A stretch of 64,000 nt of DNA from Clostridia bacterium (lineage in GTDB: Bacteria; Bacillota; Clostridia; Christensenellales; UBA1242): positions 162,170 to 226,169 of the forward strand of contig JAZOOJ010000007.1 in the NCBI GenBank assembly GCA_045655005.1, written 5' to 3'. This document shows positions 58,603 to 64,000 of this stretch, piece after piece (position 1 is the stretch's first letter; each line of letters starts with the position of its first letter). Position numbers and translations under genes: made by a program. The notes under the pieces are model-generated. The model worked only from the letters and a program-made list of their open reading frames with translations, searched no databases and had not been told where the DNA came from.

Positions 58603-59028
58603 ATGATTATTGACGACATTAAAAAAGCAAATATTGAAGCAATAAAAAACAAGGATAAAAATGCAAGAAATATTTACAGCATTATTATGAACAAGCACTT
58701 AGTCGCAAGTGTTGAAGCAAGAACAAGCGGAAATGAACTAACTGACGCTGATATGGTAAGGATTATTACAAAAACCATTAAAGAATTAACCGAAGAGGAA
58801 GAAAACTACAAAAAAGTTGGCAACACCGAACAAGCTCAAACAATTGCAGGACAACGAGTAATTTTGGAAAAATATCTTCCGCAAATGATGACGCGTGAAG
58901 AAATTGAAAAAATTATCAATTCACTTGAAGACAAATCGGTTCCAAATGTTATGAAGCACTTTAAAACTAATTACAACGGAAGTTGTGATATGAAAATGGT
59001 TTCAGAAGTTTTAAAATCTTTAAATTAA
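58603..59028 (+). CDS. GatB/YqeY-domain protein
   Basis: IKKANIEAIKNKDK..LEKYLPQMMTREEIEKII is typical of the YqeY family. ATG lies behind AAAGGAGA. Confidence 0.75.
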   Translation: MIIDDIKKANIEAIKNKDKNARNIYSIIMNKHLVASVEARTSGNELTDADMVRIITKTIKELTEEEENYKKVGNTEQAQTIAGQRVILEKYLPQMMTREEIEKIINSLEDKSVPNVMKHFKTNYNGSCDMKMVSEVLKSLN

Positions 59029-59092
59029 TACAAAAACAATAAAAAACAAGGCAAAGATAACACACTTCGCCTTGTTTTTATTATACTTCTTT

Positions 59093-59536
59093 TTATTCCC
59101 ATATTATTGGGAAGTCTGACTCATTGTTTGGAATATCTCGTACATCTAACATCATTCTTGACACGGCGACTCCATAGCCTAATACTGCATCTTTCATCAA
59201 TTCGATAGCTTGTTCTCGTGATACTTTAAATTCCTGCATAACTTGCGTAATTTTAATACTATCAGCCCTGCTTAATATCCAGTCTAATTGTTTAGAATTT
59301 TTTGAAATTCTTTCTTGGCGTTCCAACCATTTAACAGCAGGAAACAAATCGCAAAGGTTGTACTCTTCACTTATTTTATCATACTTTTCTGAAAAATCCA
59401 TTGCCATATTGAAAGCTTCACCAAATTCAAAACCAAACACTTCCTCTAAATGTCTTGCATAAGTCACTTCGTTAGTGATACCGAGCAATTTTAAATCTTC
59501 TAAATATAAATACACTTCTCTTTTTGCTGAATCCAT
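59093..59536 (-). CDS. Hypothetical protein (about 147 aa)
   Basis: ORF immediately downstream of the SUFU-like gene. The start (MDSAKRE) is tentative. Confidence 0.45.
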   Translation of the reverse strand: MDSAKREVYLYLEDLKLLGITNEVTYARHLEEVFGFEFGEAFNMAMDFSEKYDKISEEYNLCDLFPAVKWLERQERISKNSKQLDWILSRADSIKITQVMQEFKVSREQAIELMKDAVLGYGVAVSRMMLDVRDIPNNESDFPIIWE

Positions 59537-59552
59537 ATTGCACCCTATTGTT

Positions 59553-60248
59553 TTATTCAATTGCATAGTTCTTACGATTAATATCAACGATTAAACTAAG
59601 TTCTTTTGAGTCGATTTTTTCAATAATCTTGTCTGTCCCTTCACTGAATATCTGTTTTAGTTCTTCTTCATACAACGGAACAATTACATAAAAATTGATT
59701 TTACCCAAGCCTTCAATTCTGTGCGTTACTAACCTTTGTCCAGATAAAACGGGCAAGAAAAGCCCACTGCAAAGTTTTGTATTTTCTGCAAATGGAGTAT
59801 TTTTTTCATCTAGTGATGCAGTATGATTAAAACCTACCCATGAATTACATTCTAAAGGCATTCTTGCAAAAGTTTTTAACACAGTAATTGGCCAGGCATC
59901 TTTACCTTTAAGGTCGGAAAAATCCCAATCTGGTGGCAAAAACATTACAAGTTCCGCACGCTCAAGTTCTTCATTTTTTAATGATTGTGGAACATTCATT
60001 TTATATGAACCCATACCTAAAGTTACAAGTTTATAAAAGTTTGCATTTTCGCTTGGCGGTATAACTGCCATATCTAAATGCACACCCAAAGACATTATTT
60101 CATGATATACGTTGTCAAACTTACCAAACTGTTTCGCAACGAAATCTTCAATCGACTTATAATGTTTCTCGCTGTATCCATACAACCCATTATGTAAAGT
60201 GTTATCTTCTTTTAACTTTTTGGCTTTAAATAAATCAAATAATCCCAT
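59553..60248 (-). CDS. SUFU (suppressor-of-fused)-like domain protein
   Basis: The pattern VHLDMAVIPPS..FYKLVTLGMGSYKM..RAELVMFLPPDWDF..WPITVLKTFARMP resembles bacterial SUFU-family proteins. Confidence 0.55.
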   Translation of the reverse strand: MGLFDLFKAKKLKEDNTLHNGLYGYSEKHYKSIEDFVAKQFGKFDNVYHEIMSLGVHLDMAVIPPSENANFYKLVTLGMGSYKMNVPQSLKNEELERAELVMFLPPDWDFSDLKGKDAWPITVLKTFARMPLECNSWVGFNHTASLDEKNTPFAENTKLCSGLFLPVLSGQRLVTHRIEGLGKINFYVIVPLYEEELKQIFSEGTDKIIEKIDSKELSLIVDINRKNYAIE

Positions 60249-60269
60249 AAATTTTTCTCCCTTGTTAAT

Positions 60270-62063
60270 TTATTTTGTTTTGCTAATTTTCCCTATAACC
60301 TTTAAACAAAATGGTTCAATAGTAAAGGATTTCCCTTTTGATTTCTCTTTTGTTAAAAGTTCGGAATAAATTTTTTCACATTCGATTGTGTATGATTCAT
60401 TACTTAAATTAGTAATTGCGACAACACTTTCTTTTCCAAGTTGTCTTTTCACAATTAAAACACCGTCCCTTGGCATTTCAACACTTATGCCACCACTTAC
60501 GACGGGGCGAAGAGAACGCAATTCACCCAGCATTTTATACCAATTTAATAATTCATCATTTTCACTTCCCCACGGATATGGGGTTCTTGAATTTCCATCT
60601 TTAATATTTAATAAACCTGCCTCATCACCATAAAAGACTGTGGGAATTCCAATAAAAATATATTGAAGTAGCGTGGCAATTTTTGTTAATTTAATTCGTT
60701 TTTCGTAATTAATTGAAAATATTTCATTAGCAAGCCTTGGAGTGTCATGTGTACCAACTATATTCATTAAATTATTCTGTACAAAAAATGGATATCTTTG
60801 CTCTATCATTTTAAATGTATTAAAATACTCGCTTGCGTCACCAGTTTTAATATAATGCAAAATGGCCTTCTTTAATGGATAGTTGGTTACACTGTTAAGT
60901 TGCTCGCCCAAGAAATATTTACGCCTGTTTCCGTAGGAAATTTTTGTTGACGCATCTTCCCAAACTTCGCCTACAATTAGTGCATCTTTTTTGCATTTGT
61001 AAATTTTTTTGCAAATCGAACTTAGTAAATCATCTCCTAATTCATCTACCACATCAAGCCTAAATCCACCAAGCCCCATTTTCATATAACTTTCAATTAC
61101 GCCATCTTTACCACAAATTAGTTCTTTATACTCTGGATTCGCCTCATTAATGCAAGGCAAACTTTTTATATCCCACCAGCACTCATAGTTGTCTGGATAT
61201 TCATAAAAATTGAACCAATTATAATACTTCGAGTCGGTTGATTGATATGCACCAACTTCGTCAAATTTCCCATATTTATTAAAGTATACACTGTCACTTC
61301 CGACGTGATTAAATACACCGTCCAAAATCAACTGCATACCCAACTCCTTCGCCTTGTCAATTAATTCTTTCAAATCTTTTTTCGTCCCAAACATTGGGTC
61401 AATCTTTTTAAAATCGGCGGTATTGTATTTATGGTTGCTTTCGGCATAAAAAATCGGCGATAAATAAATTATTGAAACATTTAATGATTTTAAATAATTC
61501 AGTTTCTCTGTTATTCCTTTTATATTCCCGCCATAACACTCTTTATTGATAATTTTATAGTCTGTTGTATCAATCAAAGGGTCATTCCAGTTGTCCTTTA
61601 AAATCATACCTTCCCTTGATTTTACTTTGCCAACTTTATTAAATCTGTCAACAAAAATATGGTAAATTATACCACCAGTTGGTTTTCTTATTGACAAATT
61701 TGCATCGTCTGTAACTATTTGCGGAAATCCGTTTGTAGATTTTTGTGCTATTTCTATGTCATCGAGGTCGCCTTTCCTTTGAATAAGCCAAGTTTTCACT
61801 CCTTCGACAACAAAATGATACCAAAACAACCCAACACTTGAATATTTGACTGATACTTGGTATTGCTTGTAACCTTCTGCAAAACCCACAAATTTCATCT
61901 CTATTTTATGTGTTTTAAACTGCCTGTCAGGATTGAAAACGAAAAATACTTTTGAGGCATACACATTCTGTGCTACCTCAAAAGTATATGTGATATATGA
62001 ATTATCATCAACAGCACCAATTGGCGATGTATGAGTGGAAACACTATATCTAAATTCTTTCAT
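60270..62063 (-). CDS. GH13 alpha-amylase-family enzyme (neopullulanase/cyclomaltodextrinase-like)
   Basis: The four GH13 regions are DGVFNHVG, GGFRLDVVDEL, VGEVWED and VGTHDTPR. Confidence 0.88.
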   Translation of the reverse strand: MKEFRYSVSTHTSPIGAVDDNSYITYTFEVAQNVYASKVFFVFNPDRQFKTHKIEMKFVGFAEGYKQYQVSVKYSSVGLFWYHFVVEGVKTWLIQRKGDLDDIEIAQKSTNGFPQIVTDDANLSIRKPTGGIIYHIFVDRFNKVGKVKSREGMILKDNWNDPLIDTTDYKIINKECYGGNIKGITEKLNYLKSLNVSIIYLSPIFYAESNHKYNTADFKKIDPMFGTKKDLKELIDKAKELGMQLILDGVFNHVGSDSVYFNKYGKFDEVGAYQSTDSKYYNWFNFYEYPDNYECWWDIKSLPCINEANPEYKELICGKDGVIESYMKMGLGGFRLDVVDELGDDLLSSICKKIYKCKKDALIVGEVWEDASTKISYGNRRKYFLGEQLNSVTNYPLKKAILHYIKTGDASEYFNTFKMIEQRYPFFVQNNLMNIVGTHDTPRLANEIFSINYEKRIKLTKIATLLQYIFIGIPTVFYGDEAGLLNIKDGNSRTPYPWGSENDELLNWYKMLGELRSLRPVVSGGISVEMPRDGVLIVKRQLGKESVVAITNLSNESYTIECEKIYSELLTKEKSKGKSFTIEPFCLKVIGKISKTK

Positions 62064-62066
62064 TTG

Positions 62067-64000
62067 TTAATTTACCTTTTTTATCTTCCAAATTTTATCT
62101 GCGTATTCGTTAATTGCTCTATCTGATGAAAAATACCCCATACTTGCTACATTGTGAATAGTCTTTGAATACCAGTTCTTTTTATTTTTGTATACTTTAT
62201 CCATTCTTCTGTGTGCATCAATGTAACTTTCAAAGTCAGCTAAACACATATAAACATCACGATAGCTGGTTTCACCTAGTAAATATGAAGCAATATCATC
62301 AAAAGATTCTCCGTCAAAACCCTCTTTTAACATATCTATAACTTTCTGAATCATTGGATTCTGGTTATAATATGTCTTTGCATCATAACCTTTTCTCCAC
62401 ATTTGTTCAACTTCTTCTGGTTTTAAACCAAACTCAAAAGAATTTTTTTCGCCACAATGTTCAACTATTTCAATATTTGCCCCATCGTGAGTATGAAGCA
62501 TCAACGCACCGTTCATAACAGCTTTCATATTGCCTGTTCCACTTGCTTCCCTTCCAGCCAACGAAATTTGTTCAGTTACATCTGTTGCAGGCATTAAAAT
62601 CTCTGATACTGAAACACTATAATTTTCAACAAAAACAACTTTTAGTTTCTTTGAAATCACTTTATTTTTATCAATTTCTTTTCCAAGTTTGCAAATCAAA
62701 CAAATAATTCTTTTTGCCATATAATAACTTGACGCAGCTTTACCTGCAAAAATAAATGTTTGTGGGGTTACCCTTGCATTTGGATTTTCTTTTAGTTCTG
62801 AATACAAATATATAATTTTCAGCACATTCAATAGTTGTCTTTTATATTCATGTATTCTTTTAACGTGTACATCAAACCTTGAATTTGGATTAATTGTAAC
62901 ACCTTGTGTCTTTAAAAGATATTTTGAGAACGCTACCTTATTTTGCGATTTAATACGCTCAAACTCTGTAATTGTTTGCTCATCATTTGCAAATTGCTTC
63001 AATTTTTCTAAGGCACTTGCATTTGTATAATAATCTTCTCCAATTAAAGATATAATCAATTTATCCAATTCAGGATTGCTCATTGAAAGCCATCTTCTGT
63101 GTGTTACGCCATTTGTTACATTTAAAAATTTCTCTGGATAAAGCGATGCGTAACTATTTAATAAATCTGTTTTAACTAACTCGCTGTGTACCGAAGAAAC
63201 ACCGTTCACATATGTTGATGCAACAACAACTAGGTTTGTAAAATTTATTACACTATTTTGAATTACAGACATATTGTAAATTTTACCACTTTCAATCTGC
63301 CTATCTTGACAATCTTTTACAAATCTGCGATTGATTTCTTTTACTATCATCGCAATTCTTGGAATATATCTTTCAACAAGATTTAATTCTTTCTTCTCTA
63401 ACGACTCGCTTAATAGTGTATGGTTTGTGTAACTAATCATACGGCATACTATTGTCCAAGCTTCGTCCCAACCAAGTCTGTGTTCGTCCATTAAAATACG
63501 CATAAACTCAGGAACAATTAGTGCTGGGTGTGTATCGTTAATATGTACACTTGCGTATTCTGGAATCTCATATAAACTTCTACCTTGACGCAACGAAGAT
63601 TTTACAATGTTTTGTGCAACGGCAGAGGCTAAAAAGTACTCTTGCTTTAATCTTAATGACTTCCCTTTTTCATGACTGTCCGCCGGATATAAAACTTTGC
63701 TTATAGCCTCAATCTCATCTTTTTTTGCCATGGCCTCAACATACTCACCTTGGCTGAATTTTTTACTATCATAGCTTTCAAGACTTTTTGCAGACCATAA
63801 CTTTAATATATTCACTTTTTTTCCACCAACTCCACTAACAAGCATATCATATGGGTATGCTTGAACGTCTTGGGTATTGTTGTAAATATACGAAAATGTG
63901 CCGTCGGTATTCATAGTTTCTTCAACTTGTCCGCCAAATCGTACAACACAACTTTCATCGCCTCTTGGCTGCAACCACACATCACCTTTTGTAGTCCACT
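62067..64000 (-). CDS. glgP: Glycogen/maltodextrin phosphorylase (5' end lies outside the window)
   Basis: NDTHPAL, EASGTGNMK (PLP-Lys region) and SSDRAINEYA motifs. The reading frame is open to the window edge. Confidence 0.92.
   Translation of the reverse strand, partial: WTTKGDVWLQPRGDESCVVRFGGQVEETMNTDGTFSYIYNNTQDVQAYPYDMLVSGVGGKKVNILKLWSAKSLESYDSKKFSQGEYVEAMAKKDEIEAISKVLYPADSHEKGKSLRLKQEYFLASAVAQNIVKSSLRQGRSLYEIPEYASVHINDTHPALIVPEFMRILMDEHRLGWDEAWTIVCRMISYTNHTLLSESLEKKELNLVERYIPRIAMIVKEINRRFVKDCQDRQIESGKIYNMSVIQNSVINFTNLVVVASTYVNGVSSVHSELVKTDLLNSYASLYPEKFLNVTNGVTHRRWLSMSNPELDKLIISLIGEDYYTNASALEKLKQFANDEQTITEFERIKSQNKVAFSKYLLKTQGVTINPNSRFDVHVKRIHEYKRQLLNVLKIIYLYSELKENPNARVTPQTFIFAGKAASSYYMAKRIICLICKLGKEIDKNKVISKKLKVVFVENYSVSVSEILMPATDVTEQISLAGREASGTGNMKAVMNGALMLHTHDGANIEIVEHCGEKNSFEFGLKPEEVEQMWRKGYDAKTYYNQNPMIQKVIDMLKEGFDGESFDDIASYLLGETSYRDVYMCLADFESYIDAHRRMDKVYKNKKNWYSKTIHNVASMGYFSSDRAINEYADKIWKIKKVN

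Noticed and set aside
1-64000. Possibility of an alternative genetic code (for example UGA=Trp) given the very low GC
   Set aside because: All long housekeeping ORFs are intact under the standard code, with Trp at expected conserved positions and genes ending at ordinary stops. There is no sign of reassignment.

Overview
Low-GC chromosomal window from what looks like an anaerobic Gram-positive-type (Bacillota-like) bacterium. The taxon is an inference from AGGAGG-type RBSs, an S-box riboswitch, sipW/tasA-type genes, PFOR and nrdDG. There are about 60 genes, mostly housekeeping and mostly on the minus strand. In order: NUDIX hydrolase, tRNA-Leu(GAG), ssrA(tmRNA)-smpB-rnr, an acyltransferase/membrane pair, three helical-repeat proteins, nrdDG with tandem NrdR boxes, rpsI-rplM, truA, PFOR, and a frameshifted XRE gene. 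Then galE and an envelope-glycan cluster (O-antigen-ligase::phosphoglycosyltransferase fusion, uppP, two more ligase-like paralogs), followed by a sipW/tasA-like secreted-fibre operon. After that come ndk, uvrBA, a GH18 enzyme, metG, cysS, initiator tRNA plus decayed copies, tyrS, a SAM-I riboswitch, a MacB-type ABC fusion, a three-gene coiled-coil cassette, a SUFU-like protein, a GH13 enzyme and a partial glycogen phosphorylase. I saw no rRNA, CRISPR array, transposase or integrase. The best candidates for something new are five. (1) tyrS has no T-box. It is preceded by a promoter, a 15-codon leader ORF with five consecutive Tyr codons (MKNLFALNSYYYYYI) and mutually exclusive antiterminator/terminator hairpins, which is a trp/pheM-style ribosome-mediated attenuator. 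(2) An operon encodes two TasA-like exported proteins and an 898-aa SipW-type signal peptidase fused to a GRNGPPW tandem-repeat linker and a large uncharacterised C-terminal domain. (3) Tandem paralogs carry mTERF-like helical repeats. (4) A SAM-I riboswitch appears to control only an orphan 82-aa protein. (5) A paralogous gene cassette is joined by a 93-bp perfectly identical junction. All functional calls come from motifs read by eye. No database search was possible.
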